A DNA stretch of 64,000 nt from a virus (IMGVR_UViG_3300009130_000011:1-64000); one strand, 5' to 3'; positions 34,172-47,240 are shown, counted from the stretch's first letter. A program made the numbers and translations. Notes: generated by a model not told the origin, from the letters alone.

Positions 34172-35302
34172 TCAGTTTCTTACAACTAACTTATCGGTAA
34201 GAGAACCATTTCCCTCTAAATTAAACCCTAATTGATCTAAAATGTCTCCAACTTGTGAAGTCCCCAATCCTGCATCACGAACAACTTGTAGAGAACGAAC
34301 TTGCTTGACAGAGGGATTGATCCCTTGTTCATGCTTATTATCTACATAATTTCGTATAGCTAAGTGAGTCAAGCTGAAATCGTTTTCTGACTCCGTTTGA
34401 TCCATGTCGTAATCGTCATCCATTCCATCATCATCATAAAGATAATCACGACCTTCATCGTCATCGTCATCATAGTCATCGGAATCGTAATCATTATCTG
34501 ACCCATAGATAGGCTTATTAGCCTCGTAGACAGGTTTATTCATCTCTTTTCTATGTTCAGTAATGTCTTCGACTACCTTGTACTTGGAAACCCTCAATTT
34601 CTGAAAATCACAATCGGTAGGAACGCTAACTGCATCAGCAGGGTCAAACTCGACTACAAGCAATCTTCCACCTTCCCCTGCCCAAGAATCTGCATAGTCG
34701 TAAGAACCGACATGAAGTCCAAAAGAACAATGATTGTCTTTGTTGTCATCCACGCATCTGCGCTGAACTTCAATGGTTGCGCCAACTTCATTCAAAATTT
34801 GATGCCTTTCGTTTGTCTCTCCTTGAAGAACGATGGTATCTGCATTACCTGTGGTTGACCAATAATCAGATTGAACTCCCTTGTATCCCAAAACCTTGCC
34901 TTCGGGGGTATTCGGAAGCATCTTATAATTCATAAAAGAATAAAGTTCAGTTACTGAATTAGCGCTTGGATTGGCTTGCAAGCGAGAAATAAAATTAGTA
35001 AGAGGAGCAGAGTCTCTCATTCCTGCACGAAGCATTTCAAGCAACTTATTGACCACAACTCCATGCAAACGATGTCCCTTGTAGTAAACTACTTCGTCAC
35101 GAACTTCGATGTCGCCTTCAACAAAGTTTTCTACTGCCTTAACGATGTCAAGATATTGTGGAATATCCTCATATCTAGCGTCAAAGATCGCTTGCTTCAA
35201 ATTTTCAAAGTTTACATTGTCTTTGCGAATGGTGTAAGGCTTGCCTTCCCAAAAGACGCAGATTGAACTTTCGCTTAATGTATATGGTACTCTTTCACTC
35301 AT
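34172..35302 (-). CDS. rIIB: RIIB-like protein
   Basis: ANPS...ELYSF...GKVLGYKGV...CSFGLHVG...PADAVSVP.D...KLRVSKY; directly downstream of the rIIA-like gene. Confidence 0.75.
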   Translation of the reverse strand: MSERVPYTLSESSICVFWEGKPYTIRKDNVNFENLKQAIFDARYEDIPQYLDIVKAVENFVEGDIEVRDEVVYYKGHRLHGVVVNKLLEMLRAGMRDSAPLTNFISRLQANPSANSVTELYSFMNYKMLPNTPEGKVLGYKGVQSDYWSTTGNADTIVLQGETNERHQILNEVGATIEVQRRCVDDNKDNHCSFGLHVGSYDYADSWAGEGGRLLVVEFDPADAVSVPTDCDFQKLRVSKYKVVEDITEHRKEMNKPVYEANKPIYGSDNDYDSDDYDDDDDEGRDYLYDDDGMDDDYDMDQTESENDFSLTHLAIRNYVDNKHEQGINPSVKQVRSLQVVRDAGLGTSQVGDILDQLGFNLEGNGSLTDKLVVRN

Positions 35303-35475
35303 AATTTTTTATCTCTATTTCTTAATGTTATTGCTATACTATACTAAAAATTTTTGATTCTGTCAAGTTTATTTTTGGTGATTTTAAATTTTAAAAAAGT
35401 TGTTTTCTCTAAGTATTCCTATAATTATGTGGATGTATATGAACTTGTCAACAAAAAATGTGAGGGAAGGGAAAA

Positions 35476-37818
35476 TTAATTCCCAACCCCCACTTTATCG
35501 CACAAATTTATGTAGTTAATCATGTTGTCTCCAAGGTTTCCCTCTTCCATACTTCTCCATCCGTAAACCCCTTCAGAGATATTGACGAGCAATGGGTATT
35601 GCTTTGAAATTTCTAAGCATTTATTATCGAATTCATTCACATCATAATCTGACTGAATATTTTCCTTAACCCATTCTTCGTCCTGTTGCTTCAAGAAGTT
35701 TACTAAACGATAAATAGTTGTAAGTTTCTGCTCTTCTGCGCCTTCCACGATCATCAACTCAACATCTTCCATGAGTTCAGACCAAATGTGATCGGAAGGC
35801 AAATTAGCTTGGACGCATTTTCTCCAATTAGGATTATCCAATAAAGAATGAAGTAAGCGATAATTTTCCATGTTGTACTGATTATCCTTGAATGCCATTG
35901 CTTTCTCAGATTTTGCAATTACATCCTTATGGTCTACTAGATAAGACTTTGCAAAAGATTTCTTGTAATCATCCCATGATTGCCAATGCGCTTTATTAAG
36001 TTTACTGCAATCTTTTTTGCGTACACCTAGTATCAAGGGTTGACTGAATGAATCGTCTGCTTCTTTCTGCATATTGAAAACTGCTCTGACATCTCTCTCG
36101 AAAGAATCCAATCCCATGATTGCCTCTTGACCTGCTTCTTTTTCATTGACAATCTTGTAATTAGAGATAGGAACATAAATTAGCGTATCCCCACCTTCTG
36201 ATGCAATGGATTCTAATTCATCAATTTTTTCTATGCAATTAAGCCAATAGTCTGCGTTCTTGTGTTTCCACTTGTTTTTGCCATCTGCATCAAATTCAAA
36301 AAGAGGAACATCTGCTCGACTCTCTCCCGAAAAACCTCTGCCTCTCGATTGCAACTTTGCCTTATCAATAGTAGAAAGGTCGATAATCCTACTCTTCTTG
36401 ATTTTGTTAAACTGCATACCATCAATATCATAGAGATGCTCTTCTCCTACTTCAGTAGCGTAAACGCAAGTAACTTTATCAAGATTTTCGTTCTGTTGGA
36501 ACAAGGTTCTAACTCTTTGAGCGTTCCCATGAGGATGCTTGTTGAAGCAACGACAAAGTTGAGTATTCTCATGCGGAAGAATTCTGTGGACTTTTGAAGA
36601 ACGAACTCTGTAACCATCAGTCGCATCTGCATCCGAATCCTTGTAGTAATCAGTAATAGTAATTTCGTCTTGAAACTTGTAATTCCTACTGATTTCTATT
36701 CCTTTGATCTTGATACCATCCCATTCAAAAGAATTTTGAAATAAGTTTTTAAGACCATAAGGAAGAGCATTAATTACTTGGGCATACTTGGCTTTTGCGT
36801 CCCACAAATCTTCTGCATCACCAAGTTTTTTCTTTGCAATCTTCTCAATATCCTTTTGGACATCCATCAAAACAGATAGAATTTCTTTTTGAGTTTGCTT
36901 ATTGTACTCCAAGGATTCTCTGCTATGATGCAATTTGAGTTGACCAATATCAAAACGAATGTAAAGATTTTCGTGTGAAGCTAACTCTTTCAAGTTTTTA
37001 GCTAGAGATTCATCTCCATCTGTAATTGATGAGAAATTAATTGCATTTGTGTTAAGCGGATAGTGAACTCTACCCATAACTGCATGAGATTCACTATGAC
37101 TTCTTCTCCAATACTCTCTTTCATCCTCAAGAATCCACCAAGATTTATCATCTGCTTCCATTACAACCTTGTATGAGTCAAAGAACTTTTCATCTTCTCC
37201 AACACCAATAAACTTAGGCATTTCTTCTTCAGAGAAAAAGCGAAAAAATTGCTTGCAAACATCTCTAAAAGTGTCTACATCTTCATCTGCAACTGCAACT
37301 TCTATCACTAAGCCACTTGGTTCATCAGATGGTTGAGGCTTTTGCAACTCAACAATCTTGGTATCATCATCGTCATTAACAAAAATATTGTATGTAGCTT
37401 TCGTACCATTGTGATAAGATACGCAAGTGAAGTTGTCACCATAAGAAAGAGGCGCAAACTTGCCAATGCCAAAAGCACCGATATAATTATTGCTATCCCT
37501 TTTCGTTGATTTTCCATACTTGGAGTAAAGACCGAAAATATCTTCCTTACTAAGTCCACCCCCGAAATCACGAACAACAAAATGGGGGTTGAGAGTTGAT
37601 GGAATAGTAACTTCAATCCTGCGACTTGAATTTGCTTCAAGGTTTGCGTCAAGCGCATTTGCAGTAATCTCACGAACTACTGCGAGAGGTGGATTGGAGT
37701 AATTGTTTCTCAAAAGAGATGCGACATAGCGCATATCCTCTGCATCAATCGTGCAATTTACTTGCTCGAAATCATGGGATTGAATTACTTGTTTAGATTT
37801 GTCTTGTGTTATAATCAT
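35476..37818 (-). CDS. rIIA: RIIA-like protein with an N-terminal GHKL/Hsp90-type ATPase
   Basis: YSNPPLAVVREITANALDA, VRDFGGGLS, YGKSTKRDSN..IGAFGIG, SRESLEY. Confidence 0.8.
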   Translation of the reverse strand: MIITQDKSKQVIQSHDFEQVNCTIDAEDMRYVASLLRNNYSNPPLAVVREITANALDANLEANSSRRIEVTIPSTLNPHFVVRDFGGGLSKEDIFGLYSKYGKSTKRDSNNYIGAFGIGKFAPLSYGDNFTCVSYHNGTKATYNIFVNDDDDTKIVELQKPQPSDEPSGLVIEVAVADEDVDTFRDVCKQFFRFFSEEEMPKFIGVGEDEKFFDSYKVVMEADDKSWWILEDEREYWRRSHSESHAVMGRVHYPLNTNAINFSSITDGDESLAKNLKELASHENLYIRFDIGQLKLHHSRESLEYNKQTQKEILSVLMDVQKDIEKIAKKKLGDAEDLWDAKAKYAQVINALPYGLKNLFQNSFEWDGIKIKGIEISRNYKFQDEITITDYYKDSDADATDGYRVRSSKVHRILPHENTQLCRCFNKHPHGNAQRVRTLFQQNENLDKVTCVYATEVGEEHLYDIDGMQFNKIKKSRIIDLSTIDKAKLQSRGRGFSGESRADVPLFEFDADGKNKWKHKNADYWLNCIEKIDELESIASEGGDTLIYVPISNYKIVNEKEAGQEAIMGLDSFERDVRAVFNMQKEADDSFSQPLILGVRKKDCSKLNKAHWQSWDDYKKSFAKSYLVDHKDVIAKSEKAMAFKDNQYNMENYRLLHSLLDNPNWRKCVQANLPSDHIWSELMEDVELMIVEGAEEQKLTTIYRLVNFLKQQDEEWVKENIQSDYDVNEFDNKCLEISKQYPLLVNISEGVYGWRSMEEGNLGDNMINYINLCDKVGVGN

Positions 37819-37893
37819 TTTGTGCGAATTTCTATTTTTCTTTGTGTGATAAATTTGATTGAGCCTCTACTATTACATAAAGGATAATGCCTG

Positions 37894-38205
37894 TCAAGAC
37901 TTTTTTTCCATTTTAGGAAGAAAAGTTAAAATTGTGTTTGTGGTAGGATCAAAAACAACCCTAAATCTCTTTTTCTTGTGTGGAAGAGAGACGACTTTTC
38001 TACCGCCCTTAGCTTTCCTTTTGATTGGAGCGTTGAGAGCCTTCAGACAGAGTTCTCTATAAACCTTAATATCTATCTCAATTCCATGCCTCTCTAACGC
38101 TCTTTTCTGTGCATGGCGAAAAGCTGAATAGTCTCCCCATCCACCTGTTTCTGTGCCTCTTAAAATTTTCTTTAATGTTTTCTTGTCTAAATCTTCCTTC
38201 ATCAT
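37894..38205 (-). CDS. hypothetical protein (possible BECR/RelE-like RNase fold)
   Basis: HAQKRALERHGI...RFRVVFD...ILTFLP. Confidence 0.4.
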   Translation of the reverse strand: MMKEDLDKKTLKKILRGTETGGWGDYSAFRHAQKRALERHGIEIDIKVYRELCLKALNAPIKRKAKGGRKVVSLPHKKKRFRVVFDPTTNTILTFLPKMEKKS

Positions 38206-38596
38206 GCTAATAAGTTTGACAAGATTTTTGGAAATGTCAAACACTTTTTTAACCTACCAAAAGATTTTTATCTCCCTCTAGCAAAAACTTAGTCTGAATT
38301 AGGCAATTTATCTCATGGATATATCTCTCCTCGTTCTCTTGAGTGTCTATTGCATAATTTTCAATCTCTTCAATTTTTTTGTCAATTAACTCTATTAGTT
38401 TATTCATTTTCTTTTATTTGTCTCTTGCGCTTTTCTAACTTTTTGAGTAACCATGACATTATCATCATAAAGAGATTGAGTCAAGCGTAAAGCGCCTGTG
38501 TGCGACATTTTCTTTGAAACCATGTTTAGTTTTGCGCTCTGCTCTTTTGCAGTCATACCTTTTTTTGTAGCTTTCTTTCCCATAATTTAATTTAAT

Positions 38597-41073
38597 TTAA
38601 TTTAATTTATTATTATTTTTAAATTTACTACCCCACTCTTCTACATCATCATCATTTAAATCGCAAGCAATTTCTATGTTAGTAATATTATGCCATGCTT
38701 CATCTGCAAAGGTGCTACCATCGGGATTGAGACTTGGTTTTTTGAAAATATAGTCTTTGTCATATCGACAAATATGGTTTTCAATAATTTCAAGATCAGC
38801 AGAAATGCAAGACAAGCGATGTTTAAGCTCAAAGTTTTCTTTAATTAATCTTTCTAAATTATCTTTAGTTATCTGTTGTTCTGCTTCTGTCATATAAGCG
38901 TAGGTTGAATCTTTCTTATTGCAAACATTATGGTTGCCATCTAAAACATTTGCTTCTGTGCAACCACATTCCATTCTCCATGTATTTGTCTCGTCCAAGT
39001 ACATTCCTTCCTTTTCTCTTTCTGCAAGCGTTTGCTTGACTGAATCTTCGTAAGTTGGGTAATCGTCTCCTATAATTTCTTTATTCATAAACTTTTTCGT
39101 GTTCAATTATCCCTTCGATATGATCTCTAAGTATTTCGTGCATAAGTTCAACATCATAAACTCTTTTACCTTCATCTGTCAAGGAAAAAAGAACAGGAAT
39201 TAAAATCTTATCGTGATGGGGATAATCGTTATCCTTATGTATTTGAATTGTGTGTGAATTTCTCATCGTTAATTAATTCTATTAAAATTTCTTGATTATT
39301 AAATATTTCCTCTGCTAAAGTATTTATTTGGTCATCACTTAAAATAGAGTCTATTTCATAAAGAAAGTTTTGTATTTGTACTATTGTCATTCGCCATGCC
39401 CCTCTGTATTTATAATAATATTTATGTGATCTAGCGCCCTCTCGATAGCTAAGTCTTCGCCATGCTCTTCTGACTCTTTATCGTAATCATCAAGCATTTG
39501 TTGCGCTCTTTTGCTAGGAACGAGTTTATTTGAAACTAAATCTTTAAGTTTTGCTATGAGGTAATCTCTCATTAGAATATGCTTTGATTTTGACAAAATT
39601 CATTGAGATAAATTCCTTCTTGAATTAATTCGTCTTCGGTAAACTCCATAGGTTCTTCCCATTCTTCATCATGGAGAAAGTAAGTGCCTGTGTAGGTATC
39701 GTAATAAAATTTTTCTTCAACTGAATCGTCTTCGTATATATAATTAATGTTCATATTCGTACTCTAGTATATTAAAATGATTCTGTCAACACTAAATCTC
39801 CTGCTTCCCACATATCCCAATGAGATTCATAAGCATGATGCCAATCCTCATACTCTCCATTTTCTACGGAAATGGTTGCTTCTCGTTTAATTAACTCGTC
39901 ATCAATTTCTTCCCAATTAAAATCGAGAGACATTTGATCTTTGTGGTAAACTATTTCTTCTGTATCATTCATGCGTAAACTCTATTCTAATTCTGATTCT
40001 TTGTCAAGCCCCAATTTTTTTACTTGTTCTTCAAATTCTTCACTATCTTGGTCAAATCGAAAGAAGTAATCCTCGCATACATACGCTTGCAAGTCTGCTA
40101 AAGACATATTTAAAACAACTTTTTCTGCAACTAATTGCATATTGTCATCTGTATATTCCATTATGCTATCTCCAATCTATAATATCCATTCTCTATTTGC
40201 TCTACTTCTGTGAGAGTTTCAAGACCATTGTAATCTTCATAAACTTCACGAATGTAATCTAAATCCTTACCAATGTAAAAAGTGGGTTGATATTCCTCTG
40301 ACGCTCTTCCATTTGCTTTGTCTGCCTCAAGAATATAATCTAACATTTTTTGTGGCTCAATATTCCAAACTTTTCTTACATATTTCATTGTATATATTCT
40401 CTTTCTCTTAGGTTTTCTTCAAATTCTTTGTTAAATTCATTTAGCCAATTAGGATTAGTTGCAACTTGTGCGACAATCTCCCAAGGATCGACCATCCATC
40501 CATCGGGAAAAAACTCTTCAAGGTCTACATCGTAATGAAATTTTATTTGATCTGTCAATGACATATCTTTCGTCCATTCTTTAAATGTTGGTAAGTCCAT
40601 GATTACATTATCATAATATTCGCACTCATCTTCGTTTGTGCCATCGTATATAGGTTGTTTCATATTTTCTAAACTAGGTTAATTTGCATGGTATGTCAAG
40701 CATTTTGTTGTGTTTTCGATAAAAAAATAGTATTTATATAGTTAAACAATTATTTTGCATCTTTTATCATGCGTTGTGAGTCATTTTTGCAACTTTTGAT
40801 TAACAATTTGATTTATTCATCATCCATGATGCACAAAATTCATTGCAATCTACCCCCTGCATCTAATACATTGCGAAGGCAACTTGATTGACCTGCTCTT
40901 GCGGTAACTTTCTTAGCATACTCAAATGAGCTTGGATCACTAAAGGTTTGCATAACCATAGTTGATTTGTCAAGATAGACATTAAGACCCTTCTTGGGAA
41001 TGGAATTTGCTATCTTCTCTGCGCTTTTGATTGATTGTTCTATATCTGCTAAAAATGCTTGTGCGGTATTCAT
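38597..41073 (-). other. run of small hypothetical genes (38597..39106, 39081..39266, 39387..39596, 39572..39754, 39772..39972, 40161..40388, 40385..40663, 40840..41073)
   Basis: co-oriented ORFs, many acidic, several preceded by TTGACA. Confidence 0.6.
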
Positions 41074-41114
41074 ATAAAGGGAAGACTAATTTCTTTTTCC
41101 GTATTTGTCAAGAA

Positions 41115-42335
41115 TTATTTGAAAGGAGTATTGATTTTTCTCGCAATATATTTCGTGTACTCACGCTCAACAGGGTCTTCTCCGTTTTCGCCCAACACTT
41201 TAGGGTAATAATATTTCTTACCCTTCTCCATGTTCACATACCTGTCATTTTTATAGATGCGGAAATAAGGTAACTTGCCTAAAAATTTTCGTTTTTCTTT
41301 TGAAGTGTTATTTGAAGATGCGCTATTCTCATATTGGACTTTAGGTACATAAATAATTTTATTCACTTCGCCTTTTGGTCTGCCCTTTATCTTTGCTTTG
41401 CCATCTTTTAAAGTGGATTGGGGTACATCATGTCGAATATGCGTAGGATCGCAATGAGCATAAACCATAGATTTCAAACAAGTAACGACTCCACTAACTA
41501 AATGAGGAATTTCCTCTTTCGTAAGTTCTGCGCCATCTTTTGAGTTAAGCGTTAATTTGGAAGTTGTGTCGGAATTTACAACTGAAAGTAATTCATCATA
41601 ATTTCTTGAGAATAAGAATGGTAAAGTCTCATTGTCAACGCTGAATAGAACTGAGCCTAGAGTAGGAGTTTCTGCAAAAAAATGAATTCCTTCTTCTCGC
41701 TCACCAAGAAATTTATATGGGATGTTGAACTCATTTACTAATCCATCAAAAGAACCTCTGTAAACTAAAAAAGTAGGCAAATCCGAATCTTCAAAGAAAA
41801 ATTCAATAACTTTATGATGAAACCAAGGTATATCTGAAACGCTAGTTATTTGAGAACTATCACAAAACAAAGCATCTCTTGAGACTTCTTTCTGAATTTG
41901 AAATTGACAAGAGTTTCGCAAGTGCATTATTTTTGATAAAATAAAATAGAAATCAATCTCCCCCATAAACTTATTTAAATCTAAAGCAAAATTTATGAAA
42001 TCTTTTCTTGTATGCTTCTTTGAAAGATTGTCAGCAAAATTTGCAAAATAAAAATCTAAATGCTTTACTAGAGGCTCAATCCCATCGTAAGTGGAATGAG
42101 AAACATAGGTTCTGTTGTCTATTGGATAATAGTTTCCGTTTTTTTGAATGCCATAATTCTTGAAGGGCTTTTGTATTTTCCCGCACTCTTCAAAAAATTT
42201 TATGCTAATTGGATTATCTGTCATAATTTTTGTATCTCTCATCCATTGTGTTCTAGTTTTACCTTGGTATAGCGTCTTGTCTTCGTAAACAGACCTATCA
42301 AACCCAAACTCTTTGTAGAAATCTTCGTAACTCAT
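41115..42335 (-). CDS. hypothetical protein
   Basis: 406 aa, TTGACA promoter upstream. Confidence 0.7.
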   Translation of the reverse strand: MSYEDFYKEFGFDRSVYEDKTLYQGKTRTQWMRDTKIMTDNPISIKFFEECGKIQKPFKNYGIQKNGNYYPIDNRTYVSHSTYDGIEPLVKHLDFYFANFADNLSKKHTRKDFINFALDLNKFMGEIDFYFILSKIMHLRNSCQFQIQKEVSRDALFCDSSQITSVSDIPWFHHKVIEFFFEDSDLPTFLVYRGSFDGLVNEFNIPYKFLGEREEGIHFFAETPTLGSVLFSVDNETLPFLFSRNYDELLSVVNSDTTSKLTLNSKDGAELTKEEIPHLVSGVVTCLKSMVYAHCDPTHIRHDVPQSTLKDGKAKIKGRPKGEVNKIIYVPKVQYENSASSNNTSKEKRKFLGKLPYFRIYKNDRYVNMEKGKKYYYPKVLGENGEDPVEREYTKYIARKINTPFK

Positions 42336-42359
42336 AACCTTTACAATAACATTGTTTAT

Positions 42360-42884
42360 CTAGTTGTCAAGCCCAAAAAGTTCTTCCATTAAATAATCAG
42401 CAGTAACCTTTGCTGATAGCCATTCCTTTTTTCTTTTGGAATTAAAAAGAGGTTCTCTGCATTTTGGGCAACGATATTTTACCCCTTTTCTTATTCTATG
42501 CCTTTTGTAGGTAATCTTGCACCCACAAGTATCTACATATTTGTGATGATTGTCGGGGTATTCTACTATTCCCTTATGCAATCTTTCGGGAGTTGCGCCA
42601 ATCTCTATGCAAACTTGTTTCCATAGCTTGCCATGACCCTTGGCTTTTTTGCCATATCTTGTCCACGATAAAGCGTGAGCAATTTCGTGTAGGATGGTAT
42701 CCTCTACATCTTTTTCATTGTTTAACTCTACATACCACTCGGACAAAGAAATCTTTCTTTTTGTATAATGACATCGACCAAGAGAGCGTTTGCAATCTTC
42801 AAAACCAAAATGCCAAAGTTCATCAAAAAGCCCATGTTCGTCCATGTGAAGTAGGGCAAGTGCTTTTGCGTCATTTGTGTCCAT
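42360..42884 (-). CDS. SprT-like zinc metalloprotease
   Basis: LGRC, DTILHEIAHAL, GHGKLWK, C-terminal Cys cluster. Confidence 0.85.
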   Translation of the reverse strand: MDTNDAKALALLHMDEHGLFDELWHFGFEDCKRSLGRCHYTKRKISLSEWYVELNNEKDVEDTILHEIAHALSWTRYGKKAKGHGKLWKQVCIEIGATPERLHKGIVEYPDNHHKYVDTCGCKITYKRHRIRKGVKYRCPKCREPLFNSKRKKEWLSAKVTADYLMEELFGLDN

Positions 42885-42926
42885 GCTTAAAACACTAGAC
42901 TAAATCTTGAATTATGTCAAGAACTT

Positions 42927-44541
42927 TTAACCATAGCTATTGGAAATTTCTTCAAGTATAAAATCTATATGACCATTCTTCATTGGAAACCCATGCCTGT
43001 TTTTGACGACATGATATTTGTCGCCTTCAACAACAATGACTTTTTGCATAGACCAAGTTAATTTCTCAACCAAATCTTTTGGTAGATTATTGTCTTTTTC
43101 TAAGATTAATGTTGACACTCTTCTTCTAGTCTTCTTCATGCACTTCTTCTTCCATTATTTTGTTAATTGCTCCATATATTTCATAGAGAAAATCTTTTTT
43201 AATATTATATAAATTAGATTTGCCTACTTTATATATATCTTCACCTTCGCAATCTGATAGTTGCCTATCAATATCTCTTAATGCAAGTTTTGCCATGCAG
43301 AATCCATGCCTTGCCCCACTATTAAATTCATCGTGCGCCATTACTTCTTAAATTTATTATCTATCCAAACCTTGTAAGTATAAAGCGCCATCAACATAAA
43401 TGTCAACAATAAACCATCAGTCCAAGATAAATCCCATAACTCTTTTATTTCACTCATTGTTATTTGACTCTATTTTTTCTGCAATTAATTCCATTGCTTC
43501 TTTAAGGATTTCTTGTTCGCAGTCCATGTTGTTATATGCCCTCTGTAAATGCCTAATAAGGACGATAGACTTAGTGTATCCATCAAGCAAGCCTTTCTTG
43601 TAACCTGCATCATAATCATCCATTATCGGCATATTTAATTATTTCTCCATTTAAATTTAATTCTCTTTCAATTTCCTTGGCAACATTTTCACCAACAGAT
43701 ATTTCATGGTCTTTCGATAGGGTATCTAATAATTCAATTAAATTTTTTCCTGTTTTATCTCTACCTTCTTCTCCTACTAGGAATAAATTCTCAGCAGTTA
43801 TTAACATAAGATCATCTATCTTGATGATGATATGATTGATTGCATCTGTGTTTCCTCGTATTCCTAATTTTATTTTCATTTTTTACTTTTAAAATTAAAT
43901 CTGTTCTTAAACTTTCTTTAGTTTCTACATTCTCCCATACAATGTAATCTTTGTCAAGACTAATACTAACTAGCATTAACCATCTATATATCGGATAAAA
44001 AATTACCCCTGTTAAATTATACCGCAAAAGATGAGAAATTAAGTCTCCTAAAAAATAGAAAACTTTACTCAAATATGTTTTCATTGATTTCTTCTATCTG
44101 TCTGTTGCTTAATTAACTTAGATATATTTTTAATAAAATTAATTTGTTGTTGCATTGGTTGGCTCATGTCAATATTTGATTCCGATACTTATACACCATG
44201 TTTACCACTAATCCTAGCAATATCTCGCAAGACTTTTTCGTGATCTTTGATGTATTGCAACATCGGAAGCAACACATTATTTATTAGATTAATAGTTTCT
44301 TCGCTATGGTCACTACTTAATCTTTCAATTTCTTTTTTAATTTTATTTTCTAAAGTCATTCTTTCTTTTTAATTGGCGGGAATCTGCCCCAATCTCCCAT
44401 ACCATCATAATCTGCTTCGTCACCCAACTGAACCAATACATCTTTATTTATTTCAATTAACTCATCTATTTGCGCAACTGACAATTTAGATTGTTTTTCC
44501 CTGCGAAATAAACGCACTAATCTTTTTACAAAATTAATCAT
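42927..44541 (-). other. run of small hypothetical genes
   Basis: 42927..43139, 43126..43341, 43450..43632, 43616..43879, 43812..44084, 44356..44541. Confidence 0.55.
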
Positions 44542-44625
44542 GCGAAGAGATCATCAATAAAAAAACAACAACTAATGCAATGGTTATTGCGGTAAAATTC
44601 ATCTGCAATATGTCAAAGACATCCA

Positions 44626-45246
44626 TTATGCAACTAGCGCTAAATCTTGTGATAGAATACCTCTTTTGAGTGGCAAGACTCTATCTACAAGAAATTTTCT
44701 GACTGATTCAGTAATATCAGCAATCTCAATCAATTCTCTATGGGTTAGATAATTATTATCTCCTTGACCCCCATAGGCAATTCTATAACCTTCATCATCA
44801 GCAAGAGAGACTTTATTTGTCTTTTTCATGCTATAATTACCGCTTGAGTCCTTTACCCACTCATGCCTATCATGGAAAGAACCAATGTAAACTAAAGCGT
44901 CAAGAGATGCAAGGTGATTACCTTGGCTATCTTTTTTTTCTAGGTAATTAATGAAATCTAAATTCGCAGTAACATATTCTTTCTTAACATTCGTAAGTTG
45001 AACAAAAACTCCTTTGTAGCTATTTCTAGGGTAGTAAGTATAAACTTGCCCATTCCACCTCTGAGTATGGTGAGGAGTTGCGCCTGTTTTCTTTGCGATT
45101 GCCTCATGCCTACTCGTTTTGGTCGTCCAAGACAAAACATTGTCTTCGGGCAATAGCTTTTTGGTTATAGCATTGCTTTTGAAAAAGATGTCTTTAGGAC
45201 TAAATTGATTCCAATGAATTGGTTGATTTGCGAAATAATTATTCAT
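44626..45246 (-). CDS. hypothetical protein
   Basis: 206 aa, AAGGA SD. Confidence 0.7.
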   Translation of the reverse strand: MNNYFANQPIHWNQFSPKDIFFKSNAITKKLLPEDNVLSWTTKTSRHEAIAKKTGATPHHTQRWNGQVYTYYPRNSYKGVFVQLTNVKKEYVTANLDFINYLEKKDSQGNHLASLDALVYIGSFHDRHEWVKDSSGNYSMKKTNKVSLADDEGYRIAYGGQGDNNYLTHRELIEIADITESVRKFLVDRVLPLKRGILSQDLALVA

Positions 45247-45411
45247 TTTTTTTCCTTTAATGTTTGATTGATATTTTCTGTAATAAGTTTCTCTATTTCA
45301 AGATCACTATACCCATCTAATACTAAATCGTAAGCATAGTCAAGAAAAATTTGCGCTTCAGAGTAAGAAAGTTTATTTTCTTCTAGTAAATCTGATATAT
45401 ATACGCTTGCT

Positions 45412-46957
45412 TCATTCATTAGTTTCCCAATTTTTTAATTGACCAAAAGTTTGCTCCCATTCATCTTTTACTTGAAGGTCGGGACATTCATCAAGTGGCT
45501 CAACTCCATAGATTAGCATTTCAATAATATTTGAGACACTCATGTTCATCGCTTCATATTCTGCGAGGTCATATCGCATTTCATCAATGGTAGGATTGCC
45601 TTCTCTTATTTCTCTTTGTGTAGTTCTCATATTTTAAGTTCCATTGTTATGGGGATGCTTTAAAGCGAAATCCCTAACTTCTTTAAGAGCTTGACAGAAC
45701 TCATCTACTTTGTCAAGAGGAATATCAAAATTTTTCCAATAAGACTCTCCATCCCTTGAGTGAGCGGTGCATTGAACTGAGCCTTCAACTAAAGAATCAT
45801 TGTATTGCCCTAGATTTGTAATGGTAAACCCGCCAAGACGACAAGAATCCTTGCTACTACTCCAATAAGTAAAATGGGGGGCATCTGCTTTCTTGCGCCC
45901 CTTTGCCCAAGACACTTCTCTGCGAATTATTTTTGACATAATTAATCTTCCCCTCTTTCTTTTTGTTTGCTTCTTGTCGCATTATATTCTAGTTCTGTAA
46001 GGTAAGAATAACCCGAAAGAAATTCTTCTTTACTTAAAGTATTAAAATCTTTCATTTTTTCTTCGTCATCGCAAAAGTCACCATATTCAACAGGAGCATA
46101 TCTTTTAGGAGTTTCGTCTTTAGTAAAACCTTCGGGTAAATATTTTACAAATTGATTAACTATCTCACACGCTTTTAAGATTCGCAAATGTTCGTCTGTG
46201 CGCTCACCGATAGCAGAAACTTCTGCTTCGTTTACGACTATATTCAATGCTTCTTTAAAATTCATCTTTATTATCTTCTGCGGTAGCAACAACCAATAGC
46301 TTTACATCTTTCCCATTGCCTGTCAACCCTAAAGTTTTTACAACTTCTCCAAAAATTGATCCATCTTCGGGGCGAATACTTACCCAAGCACAATTTTGCT
46401 TACCATCATCGGTAGTATAAACATCCCATTCATGTTCAAGCAATCTAGCTTTTTGATATTTAGTTAATCTCATTATTCAATTTCTTTAATCGCAAGAAAT
46501 TCAACATCTAGTTTTGTAACTCTTGCATATTGTTCATCTAAAACTTTTTGTAGCCTAGCAATGTATTCTACTTCATCGGGTTCTCTTGAGTGCATCCATT
46601 CCAATTCTGCTTCCAAGTCTTTAATGTGAGAACAGGCATCTCTTATTTCGCTCTTTAAATCTTCTTCTTTCTTTAAACCTTCCATAGCTTTTTTATTCAT
46701 TATGTTTCGTAAGTAGGATCATCACCATAAAGATCATCTATGCGTTTGTCAAGCCAATTACATTCATCGGCTTTTATTTTCCATGCAATCTCTCCATTTG
46801 TAGGATCAGCATATTCAATATTAAAATCACAATCGTCAAGAGTTTTGTATGGGTCATACTCTCGCACTATTTGTTCTGCCTCGTCTCGACTTTCTGCCTC
46901 GACATAAAAGCAATTAATTATTTTAATTCCAACACAATATTCTCTTTTTTTACTCAT
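45412..46957 (-). other. run of small hypothetical genes
   Basis: 45412..45630, 45634..45939, 45942..46292, 46255..46473, 46473..46700, 46700..46957. Confidence 0.6.
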
Positions 46958-47240
46958 TATTAAATTGTTCTATTCTTTCTTTTAATGCTTGCTCTACAAA
47001 TTGATTAAAACTTAAATTTTGTTCGTGTGCGCACATCATGTATAATAACAACTCTTCTTCGCTAAAGTCAAGCTCAATCGTTTCATATTTAACTTTTGTT
47101 AAGAGAAATCCACCATCTTTTTCTATAAATTTAATTTCATCGCCCTCTTCCCAACCTAAGCGATTTAAAACATCATCGGGGATAGTAAAATATAAATCGC
47201 CATCCTTATTTTCTTTTATTTCTAATTGTGATAATTTCAT
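46950..47240 (-). CDS. AbrB/MazE-like DNA-binding domain plus RHH-like C-terminus
   Basis: LYFTIPDDVLNRLGWEEGDEIKF; AHEQNLSFNQFVEQAL. Confidence 0.65.
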   Translation of the reverse strand: MKLSQLEIKENKDGDLYFTIPDDVLNRLGWEEGDEIKFIEKDGGFLLTKVKYETIELDFSEEELLLYMMCAHEQNLSFNQFVEQALKERIEQFNNE